A DNA stretch of 32,000 nucleotides from Breznakia blatticola (GCF_004365815.1 NZ_SODD01000014.1:1-32000), one strand, 5' to 3'. Counted from the stretch's first letter, positions 9,264 through 17,558 are shown. A program made the numbers and translations. Notes: generated from the letters alone by a model not told the origin.

Positions 9264-9465
9264 ATATATAACCTCTAATGTAGAATGATATATCCTTCAT
9301 ACTGATTATACCACGTAGGAATATCACCAACAATAATTATCACACAATAATTCGCCTTACTGCTTGAAACAAGGGTGTCATTTATTTGTGTTAATAAAGA
9401 CATAAGGTGTCATTCATCACCCACTTACTTATCGCCGTTGAAGTGGGCGACTTCTGACGCTAAAA

Positions 9466-9876
9466 GTTAAATGAAAATACATCCAGTGATAAACGGTGTA
9501 GATGTAACTCTTCAAAGGCATAATCACGTGTAATTCTTGTTGCCCATGAACCAATTCCTTTATCGCGTCCACTTTGTGTAAATAATGCAATTCGAAAATT
9601 TGCAGAACGCACGTCCCAATCAATTTCATTGATAACTGTTTCCCCAATAATATTTCCTTTTGCATCAACAATCAAAAAGAAACGTCGATTTTCATCCTCT
9701 AATGATTTCATAAAAAACGAAATGACTTCATCTTTTGTAAACATTTCTTTACACCCTGTATAATAGGCAACATCTTTATCTAATGAACAATAGTTTTGCT
9801 GGTAATAGTTTAGCGCATCTTGTTTTGTAGCTAGACGAATTGTATAACCATCTTTACTTGCAATACTTGTATTCAT
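9466..9876 (-). pseudogene. GNAT N-acetyltransferase, N-terminal fragment (137 codons) truncated by the IS
   Basis: MNTSIASKDGYTIRLATKQD...RDKGIGSWATRITRDYAFEELHLHRLSLDVFSFN, then 1 IS-encoded codon (F) and a TAG at 9460. SD GAGAGGGA precedes the ATG at 9876. Confidence 0.85.
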
Positions 9877-9924
9877 AACAGTCCCTCTCTTATTAGAAAT
9901 AACTATATCATATGTACACGCATC

Positions 9925-9965
9925 TTCAAAAAACAAAGGCCAATTCTATGAAATGACCTTTGTTT
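9925..9965 (-). terminator. Rho-independent terminator after the pgm-Dabb unit
   Basis: Minus strand reads AAACAAAGG-17 nt-CCTTTGTTT followed by TTTGAAG. 9-bp stem. Confidence 0.6.
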
Positions 9966-9971
9966 ATTTGT

Positions 9972-10271
9972 TTATCGAATATTGATTTCGTAATCTACAC
10001 AACTGCGACTTGCGACTTTTCCTTCAAGTAGTGCAGTTGCTTTTTTATGTATTGGGTGGTTTTGATATAACTCAATTTGTGATTCATCCACAAACGTTGA
10101 TACCAAAATCATATCCATATTGCTAGATGGTAATGGATACGCACTAAATTGATCAATTTTTACACCAGGCATTTGGTGTGCAGTTTCTTCCAAGTAGGCA
10201 TGAAAGTCTTGTGCAAAATCACTGACTTCTACACCTTCATGGAATTTCCACATCACGACATGGCGGATCAT
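9972..10271 (-). CDS. Dabb (stress-responsive alpha/beta-barrel) family protein
   Basis: 99 aa with N-terminus MIRHVVMWKF typical of the family. ATGA overlap with the upstream gene. Confidence 0.75.
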   Translation of the reverse strand: MIRHVVMWKFHEGVEVSDFAQDFHAYLEETAHQMPGVKIDQFSAYPLPSSNMDMILVSTFVDESQIELYQNHPIHKKATALLEGKVASRSCVDYEINIR

Positions 10272-11974
10272 TTTGTGTACATCTCCATTGCTTGTTTTAG
10301 TACATTTCCTTTTTCATGTGCATCTTCTAAAGTGTCGCCTTTTACACAGTAGTAGAATTTACATTTTGGTTCTGTACCACTTGGACGAATGGCAATCCAG
10401 CTACCATCTTCCAAGAAATATTTCAGTACATCAGACACAGCAAATCCAGTTAATGGTGTTTCTGTATCTTTTTCACGAACGATACATTCTTTGAAATCTT
10501 CAAAACGCACAACTTTCTTACCTGCAATTTCTTGCACCTTGCTTTGACGTAAATTGGCAAGAATATCTTTGATTTTTTGTGCTCCTGCACTTCCTTCTAA
10601 TGATAATGCAACTTGGCTTTCTTCATAGAATCCATGTTTTGCATAAAGTTCAAGCAATACATCATATAGTGTTTTTCCTTGTGCTTTATAGTAAGCTGCA
10701 GCTTCAGCTAATAATAAACAGGCTTGTACTGCATCTTTATCACGAACGAAAGGTTTAATTAAACTTCCATAACTTTCTTCATATCCAAATACATATTGTT
10801 TTTCATTGTTGATTTCGTATTTCGCTACTTTCTCACCAATGAATTTAAATCCAGTTAATGTCTTTTTTGTTTCCACTCCATACGCATCTGCAACTTTTTC
10901 ACCTAAATCACCAGTAACTACGGTATTAAACATCACTGGTTTTGGTGGCATTGTATTATTTTTTACATGTTGCATACATACATAATCAAGTAGTAAAGCA
11001 CCACTTTGGTTTCCTGTTAGTAAGATGAATTCTCCATTTTGATTTACAACAACACCCATACGGTCTGCATCTGGGTCACATGAAAGTACGATATCTGCAT
11101 TTTCACGTTTTGCATATTCGATAGCTAAATCGTATGATGCACTTTCTTCTGGGTTTGGTGTTTTTGTATTTGAGAAATCAGGATCTGGGTCACATTGTTC
11201 CAAAACTGGAATATAGTGATATCCTGCTTGCTTATATACTTCTTGAACTGGAATGTTTGCAGTTCCGTGCTGTGGTGTAAAGATAATTGTTACATCATCT
11301 TTTTTCACGTCTTTTGCCATTTGAATTGCTAATACTTCTTTGTAGTAAATCTCATCGATTTCACTACCAATCATCGAGATTAACTCTTCTTGTTTTGCAT
11401 CAATATGGAAATCAATTGCAAGTTCATCTTCAACTGCATTTACACGATCAATAACTTGTTGTGCCAGTTCAGGAACTAATTGACATCCTTTTTCATCATA
11501 TAACTTGTATCCATTGTATTCTTTTGGGTTGTGACTTGCTGTCACCATGATTCCCCCAAAACAGTTTAAATGACGAACAGCAAACGATAGTTCTGGTGTT
11601 GGTCGTAAACTTTCAAATACATATGACTTAATTCCATACGTTGCAAGTACTTGTGCACTAATCATTGAAAACTCATATGACATGTGACGATTATCATAGC
11701 CAATTGCAACCCCTCTTGCTTTCGCCTCTTCCCCTTGGCAAGCAATATATTTGGCAAATCCAACATTTGCCTTTGCGATTGTATGAACATTGATACGATT
11801 GGTTCCTGGACCTAATAGTCCACGCATTCCTGCCGTTCCAAATTCAATATTTGTATAGAAACTATCATGGATTTCTTCATCACTCATAGTTTCTAATTCA
11901 CTTCTTAGTTTTTTGTCTAGATTGTCAGATTGAATCCAACGTAAATACTGTTTATCTTCTTGTTTATTATACAT
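10268..11974 (-). CDS. pgcA: Phosphoglucomutase (alpha-D-phosphohexomutase family, PgcA-like)
   Basis: Phosphoserine loop TASHNPKEYNGYK, metal site CDPDADRMG, sugar loop GYEESYG. I chose the start at ATG 11974 (GGAGGAG SD) rather than the ORF-track start at 12004. Confidence 0.9.
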   Translation of the reverse strand: MYNKQEDKQYLRWIQSDNLDKKLRSELETMSDEEIHDSFYTNIEFGTAGMRGLLGPGTNRINVHTIAKANVGFAKYIACQGEEAKARGVAIGYDNRHMSYEFSMISAQVLATYGIKSYVFESLRPTPELSFAVRHLNCFGGIMVTASHNPKEYNGYKLYDEKGCQLVPELAQQVIDRVNAVEDELAIDFHIDAKQEELISMIGSEIDEIYYKEVLAIQMAKDVKKDDVTIIFTPQHGTANIPVQEVYKQAGYHYIPVLEQCDPDPDFSNTKTPNPEESASYDLAIEYAKRENADIVLSCDPDADRMGVVVNQNGEFILLTGNQSGALLLDYVCMQHVKNNTMPPKPVMFNTVVTGDLGEKVADAYGVETKKTLTGFKFIGEKVAKYEINNEKQYVFGYEESYGSLIKPFVRDKDAVQACLLLAEAAAYYKAQGKTLYDVLLELYAKHGFYEESQVALSLEGSAGAQKIKDILANLRQSKVQEIAGKKVVRFEDFKECIVREKDTETPLTGFAVSDVLKYFLEDGSWIAIRPSGTEPKCKFYYCVKGDTLEDAHEKGNVLKQAMEMYTK

Positions 11975-12007
11975 GTTTCCTCTCCTCCAGTATGTTTTCC
12001 CCAAGGT

Positions 12008-12036
12008 TTAAAAAAAGATGGACACGCCATCTTTTT
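12008..12036 (-). terminator. Rho-independent terminator after ptsH
   Basis: AAGATGG-5 nt-CCATCTT, flanked by an A-run and a T-run (T7 on the minus strand). Confidence 0.8.
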
Positions 12037-12046
12037 AATAGATTAT

Positions 12047-12313
12047 TTATCCAATAATTTTTTGTGCGCGTAATACATCTTCGATTGCTGTAATAGCTGC
12101 ATCTTCATCTTCACCATCACAAGAAATAGTAATTTCTGATTGTGTTGGGATTCCTAAAGACATAACACCCATGATTGATTTCATGTTTACTTCACGTCCA
12201 CCGTAAGAAATATTTACTTCACTTTTAAATTTTCCAGCTGCGTGTACTGCCACTGTTGCAGGACGAGCGTGTAATCCAACTGGATCGATAACAGTTACTG
12301 TAATTGATTTCAT
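12047..12313 (-). CDS. ptsH: Phosphocarrier protein HPr
   Basis: 88 aa with the His15 motif GLHARPA and the Ser46 motif KSIMGVMSLG. AGGAGG SD. Confidence 0.95.
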   Translation of the reverse strand: MKSITVTVIDPVGLHARPATVAVHAAGKFKSEVNISYGGREVNMKSIMGVMSLGIPTQSEITISCDGEDEDAAITAIEDVLRAQKIIG

Positions 12314-12346
12314 ATATGTAATCCTCCTAATTATTTTATCATTCCT

Positions 12347-12375
12347 ATTTTAACCTAATTTGATAGCACTTACAA
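12347..12375 (-). promoter_or_regulatory. Candidate ptsH promoter TTGTAA-17-TAAAAT
   Basis: Hexamers read on the minus strand about 35 nt upstream of the ATG. Confidence 0.4.
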
Positions 12376-12386
12376 ACAAATTGATG

Positions 12387-12815
12387 TTAATTTGTAATTT
12401 TTTTGCAATTTATGACCTCTACACCTATATTTTTTAACATCTCGACCAAAATACCGTCTCCTCGGATGACTTTGTGTTGAAATGTACCATCATAGATTTC
12501 ATCAAGTCCACAACTTGGACTACAATCTTTCAAGATGGCTTTCTTGATGTTTTGTTCCTTCACGATTTTGATAACTGCATTTGCACCAGCATAAAATTCT
12601 TTGGTGACATCTTCGCCAAGATTGTTGATGATTTTATTTCCAATGCGTTCGCTGGGGGCTCTTGGTGTAGATAATCCACCAAGCACTTCGGGACATACGG
12701 CAACGATATCTTTATCTTTTAAATAGCTAATAACCGCTTCATCATAATTGGAATCACCACGATAGTTACAATTCTCTCCTAATAAGCAGGCACTAACAAG
12801 TATCTTCTCTTTCAT
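12387..12815 (-). CDS. DUF523 (TudS-like, 2-thiouracil desulfurase family) protein
   Basis: 142 aa. The N-terminal ILVSACLLGENCNYRG and the later CPEV and CSPSCG Cys motifs are typical of DUF523. ATGA overlap with rlmH. Confidence 0.75.
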   Translation of the reverse strand: MKEKILVSACLLGENCNYRGDSNYDEAVISYLKDKDIVAVCPEVLGGLSTPRAPSERIGNKIINNLGEDVTKEFYAGANAVIKIVKEQNIKKAILKDCSPSCGLDEIYDGTFQHKVIRGDGILVEMLKNIGVEVINCKKITN

Positions 12816-13285
12816 TTATGATAGGTCTCCTTTGCGCGTATTTTAAATGCGCGATAAATTTGCTCAAGCAAGATCAAACGTGTCATTTGATGCAAAAACG
12901 TCATCTTGGAAAGTTGCAAACGATAATCTGCTCTTTGATATAGTGATGGTCCGATACCTAGACTTCCACCAATTACAAATGTAATGTTACTTGTCTTATA
13001 TGTCAGTGTATCATCAATCAATTTGGCAAAGCTTTCACTATCTATACTTTTTCCATGTAAGTCTAGCAATATGACAAATTCCCCATCTTTAATTTTTTTG
13101 AGTGCTTCTTGGGCTTCCTTCTCTTTTACTAAATCTTCTTCTTTTGAAGATAGATTACTTAGATTTTCATCCTTCACTTCTATGACTTCAAGTTTATGAT
13201 ACGGTTGCATTCGTTTCACATATTCATTACATAGACTTAATAAGTGTTTTTCTTTTAATTTTCCTATTGCGATTATTTTTATCAT
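12812..13285 (-). CDS. rlmH: 23S rRNA (pseudouridine1915-N3)-methyltransferase RlmH
   Basis: 157 aa SPOUT protein with the C-terminal FVIGGSLG...LSKMTFLHQM.RLILLEQIYRAF pattern. Confidence 0.9.
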   Translation of the reverse strand: MIKIIAIGKLKEKHLLSLCNEYVKRMQPYHKLEVIEVKDENLSNLSSKEEDLVKEKEAQEALKKIKDGEFVILLDLHGKSIDSESFAKLIDDTLTYKTSNITFVIGGSLGIGPSLYQRADYRLQLSKMTFLHQMTRLILLEQIYRAFKIRAKETYHK

Positions 13286-13328
13286 GTTTATATTATAGCC
13301 TACCTTAAGCAGAAGAGAAATCTAAATA

Positions 13329-13387
13329 TCGTTGCAACATAAATGCGACGTAAATTTTTGCGTTGCATTCGCATCTTTTACGTCGCA
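13329..13387. repeat. 59-bp direct repeat, copy A (degenerate hairpin)
   Basis: tcgttgcaacataaatgcgacgtaaatttttgcgttgcattcgcatcttttacgtcgca. 54/59 identical to copy B, and all 5 differences are transitions. Confidence 0.9.
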
Positions 13388-13427
13388 TGAAATGTCTATT
13401 ACTACCTTACTAATCTATAAGGATATT

Positions 13428-14681
13428 TTAATTTATACGATATTTCGTCCCTCTTCCAGTCCCTTCTTTTACAATATAGTTTTTATCAATTAGATTATGA
13501 ACTAACCTTACAACTTTATCTTTACTAAATTCAACTTTCTTTGCTATCTCACTACTTGACAAGCGTAAACCATTTGATAACAAATCCACTATAATTTGTT
13601 CATCAATTGACAACTGTTCTTTCATATATACGCTTGGAAGTGTAATAGAAATACTATTCGACGATACCACAAAAATTGGTTTATGACGAATATTCTTATA
13701 TAACATTTTAATCCTTCTAATCCCAGTTCCGAACATTTCAATAATATGTAATCTAAAGAAAACATTCGCAATAATTGGGTTTCTTGGAGTAGAAATAAAT
13801 CCATTTAAATATTCTTCTTTCGAAATACCAGCTGGCAATCCTCCAGGTGACATAATTTCAATTTTATCTTCATACATTGTTATACGGATATGTGCATTAA
13901 CATCCCATGTTCTGTGTACTATTGCATTTGCTATTGCTTCACGAAATGCTTCTTTTGGAACCATATATACTTCATTTCTTTGCATACCAACAATTTCTTC
14001 TATTTTGTAGAAATTAGTAAATATTTCGTCGATACGATCAAACTGTTTTAAAATTGAGACATTCGAAATCGTCTCTCTAAATGTTATTTTGTTCAAACTT
14101 GATTCGGTTCGGATTACATCGATTCCTGGAAAATTATTATTATCCGCTAGTAACTCCGCCGCATTATTGTATTTTTGTGAAGAGGCAAATAATCCAAGTG
14201 TTTTTAAGGTATCTACATTAGTTTTTTCAACACCCAAGATTGCTTGTACCTTTTTGTACAAATATTCAAATGTCAAATTCTCTTCAATACATGGCAACTC
14301 ATCAAATGTAACATTTTCTCCAATCATTATTAATCTTTTCAATTCAATATGATCTACTTCAATTGTTGATGTATCATTTCGTTTATACGCTTTTCCTTTA
14401 TACAAAAATGGCTTGCTAATTCCCTCTTCAACAAATAATGTTACTGTTTTATTTGTCTGATTAATTGTTAATGTAAACGTAGGTCCAGGTTTTATTGCAT
14501 CATTTATTTTATTTTCTATATCTAAACAAACAGCTTCTGGATTAGATAGTCCAACAGTTTTTCCTTCATCTGTAATTCCAAATATAATTTCTCCACTTCC
14601 GTAATTAGCATATGCAGAGACGGTTTTTAAAAATGTATTGCTTACTTTTTCTTTGTATTCAATCGTTCTACTTTCTTTCAT
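13428..14681 (-). CDS. AlbA_2 (Schlafen-like) + HATPase_c_4 + C-terminal wHTH protein (COG2865-type putative DNA-binding ATP-binding protein)
   Basis: The N-terminal ESRTIEYKEK...FLKTVSAYANYGSGEIIFGITDEGKTVGL matches the AlbA_2 signature. REAIANAIVHR...IEIMSPGGLP...RNPIIANVF...IEMFGTGIRRI matches HATPase_c_4. GAGG SD. Confidence 0.85.
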   Translation of the reverse strand: MKESRTIEYKEKVSNTFLKTVSAYANYGSGEIIFGITDEGKTVGLSNPEAVCLDIENKINDAIKPGPTFTLTINQTNKTVTLFVEEGISKPFLYKGKAYKRNDTSTIEVDHIELKRLIMIGENVTFDELPCIEENLTFEYLYKKVQAILGVEKTNVDTLKTLGLFASSQKYNNAAELLADNNNFPGIDVIRTESSLNKITFRETISNVSILKQFDRIDEIFTNFYKIEEIVGMQRNEVYMVPKEAFREAIANAIVHRTWDVNAHIRITMYEDKIEIMSPGGLPAGISKEEYLNGFISTPRNPIIANVFFRLHIIEMFGTGIRRIKMLYKNIRHKPIFVVSSNSISITLPSVYMKEQLSIDEQIIVDLLSNGLRLSSSEIAKKVEFSKDKVVRLVHNLIDKNYIVKEGTGRGTKYRIN

Positions 14682-14719
14682 TTCACTTACCTCAATTACA
14701 TAGTATCATGCATAACTTT

Positions 14720-14778
14720 TCGTTGCAACGCAAATGCGACGTAAATTTTTGCGTTGCATTTGCGTCTTTTGCGTCGCA
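14720..14778. repeat. 59-bp direct repeat, copy B (intact 14-bp hairpin)
   Basis: tcgttgcaacgcaaatgcgacgtaaatttttgcgttgcatttgcgtcttttgcgtcgca. Stem 14728-14741 pairs with 14752-14765 (13 Watson-Crick pairs plus 1 G-T) around a 10-nt loop. Outer inverted repeat GTTGCAACGC/GCGTCGCAAC. Confidence 0.9.
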
Positions 14779-14782
14779 ACAT

Positions 14783-14815
14783 AAAAAAATAGCCCACCAA
14801 TATGTATTGATGGGC
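14783..14815 (-). terminator. Rho-independent terminator
   Basis: Minus strand reads GCCCATCAAT-acat-ATTGGTGGGC followed by TATTTTTTTAT. Confidence 0.75.
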
Positions 14816-14891
14816 AGGGAATTGAAAAGCAGGCGAAAGGGTCCTGCATACATAAACAATATGGGTCCTACCTCCAATATTGTTCTTATAG

Positions 14892-14920
14892 AATATAACA
14901 ATTTTGGCTAGGACATGCAA
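14892..14920 (-). promoter_or_regulatory. Candidate orphan promoter TTGCAT-17-TATATT
   Basis: Hexamers read on the minus strand between the MBL-gene stop and the terminator at 14783-14815. Confidence 0.35.
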
Positions 14921-14968
14921 TCCAAACAATAGATATATTGTTTGTTATAACATATATGTGTTTATGTG

Positions 14969-15715
14969 CTAGTTATGACCTCCGCGAACGATTTCAAATT
15001 GCGGTGCAGCAACAATTCGTAAGCTTGAAATATCAACATCATGTGCCACTAATGTTTGTTTTAATGTATCACATGCTTGCTTGTATGTATTTCCTTCTTC
15101 TGAGATATGTGCTAACACGATTTCTTTGGTTTTATTTCCAATAACTTCTGCTAGCACCTCTGCACTATCTTCATTACACAAATGGCCCATATCACCAATA
15201 ATTCTTTGTTTTACAAAGATTGGACGACTTGTTGCCATTAGCATTTCTAAATCGTGATTACTTTCAAAGATATAATAATCTGCATTTTTAATATACGGTT
15301 TAATCGCTTCTGATATATATCCAGTATCTGTAATATATACAAGTTTTTCACTATTACTTTTGATTACGTATCCACATGAATCTTGTGCATCATGACTGGT
15401 TGGCAATGCTTGCACTTCAAGGGTTGGTAGTTCTATACGATCAAAGGGTTTCATTTGGTAATAATTTTGTGTATCTAACTGACAAGTTGCATAGGTATCA
15501 ACATTGGCAAACATTTTCAGTTGCTGAATATGATCACTATGTGTGTGCGTCACAAAAAGTGCATCTGCTTGATGATAATCATATGACAATCTTTCAAAGC
15601 AACCACTTAAATACTTTTTGGTTGAACCACAATCAATCACAATACTTGTTTGTCCATTGCGAATCAAACAACAATTCCCTTTAGAGCCACTGGCTAATAA
15701 AGCGAATTTTATCAT
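14969..15715 (-). CDS. MBL-fold metallo-hydrolase (YycJ/WalJ-like)
   Basis: 248 aa with the HTHSDH motif. ATGA overlap with dnaB. Confidence 0.85.
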   Translation of the reverse strand: MIKFALLASGSKGNCCLIRNGQTSIVIDCGSTKKYLSGCFERLSYDYHQADALFVTHTHSDHIQQLKMFANVDTYATCQLDTQNYYQMKPFDRIELPTLEVQALPTSHDAQDSCGYVIKSNSEKLVYITDTGYISEAIKPYIKNADYYIFESNHDLEMLMATSRPIFVKQRIIGDMGHLCNEDSAEVLAEVIGNKTKEIVLAHISEEGNTYKQACDTLKQTLVAHDVDISSLRIVAAPQFEIVRGGHN

Positions 15716-17100
15716 TGATAACCACCTTCATATCTCGTGTTCACAATATTCACGAACTTGTTGATTGATTTTTGGAATTTCAAATTGAAGTTACCGATAC
15801 GACCATTACGGTGTTTTTGAATCGATACTTCTACATCGATACTATCTTCATCATCTGCTGGTGCATCGTCTGTTTTTTGATAGTCATCACGCGATAAGAA
15901 CATAACGATATCGGCATCTTGCTCAATCGCTCCAGATTCACGTAAATCCGATAACATCGGTTTTGCTTTGTCTCCAGTACGTTGTTCCACCGAACGCGAT
16001 AATTGCGATAAGGCGATAACTGGTACATTTAACTCTCTAGCTAACATCTTCAAACTACGTGAGATTTCTGATACTTCTTGTTGGCGGTTTTCACCACTAC
16101 GTTTTCCACTACCGGTAATCAACTGCAAGTAGTCAATAATAACTAGATCTAGGCGATCATCCATATCTGCTTTTAACTTACGACATTTCGAGAAAATTTC
16201 TGCCATCTTGATCGATGAAGAATCATCTGTAAATAAATTAATCGCACTAATGGTTTGAGCTGCTTCAAATAATCGATTCATCTCATCGTTGTTTAATTTA
16301 CCGGTACGAAGTGTATCTCCTTTGATACTTCCTTGCGCACTTAACATACGACGGATCAATTGTTCGTTTGGCATCTCCAAAGAGAAAATTGCCACAACTC
16401 CACCAGATTTTTCGCGGTTTCGTTTGGATGCATTTAATCCTAAATTCAAGGCAAATGCGGTTTTCCCTACCGATGGACGTGCCGCTAGAATAATTAAATC
16501 CCCACGTTGAAATCCATTGGTAATACTATCTAATTCAGTATAACCTGTTTCTACTCCGGTAATCCCACCTGGTGATTTTCTTAACATTTCTATATTTTCA
16601 ATTACGTTTTTTACAACGACTTTTGAACTTTGAAAATCATTTACACGACGATTACGCGTTAAACTCAATACTTGTTTTTCTGCTTGATCAAGAAGTTCTT
16701 CTAAATCTAATGAAGTATCAAAACCTTCGGTACGAATACGATCAGCAACTGCGATCATCATTCTTCGTTTACTTTTATCTTTAATGTTTTCAATATACGA
16801 TTTTACGTTTGCACTACTGATTGCAGTATTCATTAAATCAATAATGTAGTCCGCATTACCAGCAAGTGCTAATTCTTTTCGATCTTCTAAACGTGAAATT
16901 ACGTTGTTTGGATCAATGGGTTGTCCAACTTCCATCAAATCCATCATCACCCGATATATCGTGCGATGCGCTTCTTGATAGAAATCTTCTTCTTGTAGTC
17001 CTTGTTCGTAGGCAACTTCAACTGCATCATTATAAATTAGTAATGCACCAAGTACTGCCTGTTCAGCATCTACACTGTGTGGGTAAACATTGTTCATCAT
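15712..17100 (-). CDS. dnaB: Replicative DNA helicase
   Basis: 462 aa with Walker A ARPSVGKTAF, then IIDYLQLI and ALSQLSRSVEQR. Confidence 0.95.
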   Translation of the reverse strand: MMNNVYPHSVDAEQAVLGALLIYNDAVEVAYEQGLQEEDFYQEAHRTIYRVMMDLMEVGQPIDPNNVISRLEDRKELALAGNADYIIDLMNTAISSANVKSYIENIKDKSKRRMMIAVADRIRTEGFDTSLDLEELLDQAEKQVLSLTRNRRVNDFQSSKVVVKNVIENIEMLRKSPGGITGVETGYTELDSITNGFQRGDLIILAARPSVGKTAFALNLGLNASKRNREKSGGVVAIFSLEMPNEQLIRRMLSAQGSIKGDTLRTGKLNNDEMNRLFEAAQTISAINLFTDDSSSIKMAEIFSKCRKLKADMDDRLDLVIIDYLQLITGSGKRSGENRQQEVSEISRSLKMLARELNVPVIALSQLSRSVEQRTGDKAKPMLSDLRESGAIEQDADIVMFLSRDDYQKTDDAPADDEDSIDVEVSIQKHRNGRIGNFNLKFQKSINKFVNIVNTRYEGGYQ

Positions 17101-17108
17101 CTTGCCTT

Positions 17109-17558
17109 CTATTTCTCTGATAGGTGAACATTGATCTCACCAATCACCTTGTTTTTATATAAATCGACTTTTACTAGTGTTGTTCCTAAACTTGATACAT
17201 TATGTACATCCACTAATTTTCTTTTGTCGATGCTAATGTTATGTTGTTTACGTAAACCTTCAACGATTTGTTTGCTTGATACGGAACCAAACACACGTCC
17301 ACCTTCTCCAGTTTTCACTTTAAATTCTACAACTGATTTCTTCAGTTTTTCTTTTAATGCTTCTGCATCTGCTTCTTTTTGCGCTTCTGTTGCTGCATGT
17401 TCATCGTTTTGTTTTTTCAATACAGCTTTTGCTGTATTTGATTCCACAACAGCAAGTCCTCGTGCAACTAAAAAGTTTCTTCCGTATCCATCTGCAACTT
17501 CAACGACTTCTCCTTTTTTACCGACTTTCTTCACGTCTTCAAGTAAGATTACTTTCAT
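17109..17558 (-). CDS. rplI: 50S ribosomal protein L9
   Basis: [30 protein letters not shown]..., 149 aa. GGAGGA SD inside the gdpP 3' end. Confidence 0.95.
   Translation of the reverse strand: MKVILLEDVKKVGKKGEVVEVADGYGRNFLVARGLAVVESNTAKAVLKKQNDEHAATEAQKEADAEALKEKLKKSVVEFKVKTGEGGRVFGSVSSKQIVEGLRKQHNISIDKRKLVDVHNVSSLGTTLVKVDLYKNKVIGEINVHLSEK

Larger units (their letters stand above)
7589..9465 (-). mobile_element. IS200/IS605-family insertion sequence (tnpA + tnpB), about 1.88 kb
   Basis: Joining the flanks restores one GNAT frame (..LSLDVFSFN|TRAYKAYTKAGF..). LE abuts TTTAAC. Subterminal hairpins are CCCACTT/AAGTGGG (9420-9447) in LE and CACTT/AAGTG (7603-7625) in RE, and both ends share CGTCAGA. 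Boundaries are good to about 1-2 nt. Confidence 0.85.

Noticed and set aside
9429-9671. 80-aa minus-strand ORF
   Set aside because: It is an alternative frame inside the GNAT N-terminal fragment and runs into the IS left end.
12370-12397. Hairpin TTACAAA/TTTGTAA followed by a T-run on the plus strand
   Set aside because: The stem is A/T only and overlaps the DUF523 stop codon. It is oriented for plus-strand termination, where no gene exists.
12387-13285. SCC-like integration at the 3' end of rlmH (orfX), as in staphylococci
   Set aside because: The rlmH stop overlaps the start of the DUF523 gene (ATGA). There are no att-like repeats or ccr recombinase downstream. The inserted gene lies on the 5' side of rlmH.
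13329-14778. The 59-bp repeats as a CRISPR array or as integron attC sites
   Set aside because: There are only two copies 1.39 kb apart with a full gene between them, and no cas genes. For attC, no RYYYAAC...GTTRRRY core pair can be placed at the unit ends on either strand, and no intI is present.
14692-14929. 69-aa and 77-aa minus-strand ORFs between the MBL gene and the AlbA_2 gene
   Set aside because: Both read through a strong intrinsic terminator and the 59-bp palindromic repeat, and their composition is not protein-like. I treat the region as non-coding RNA or regulatory instead.
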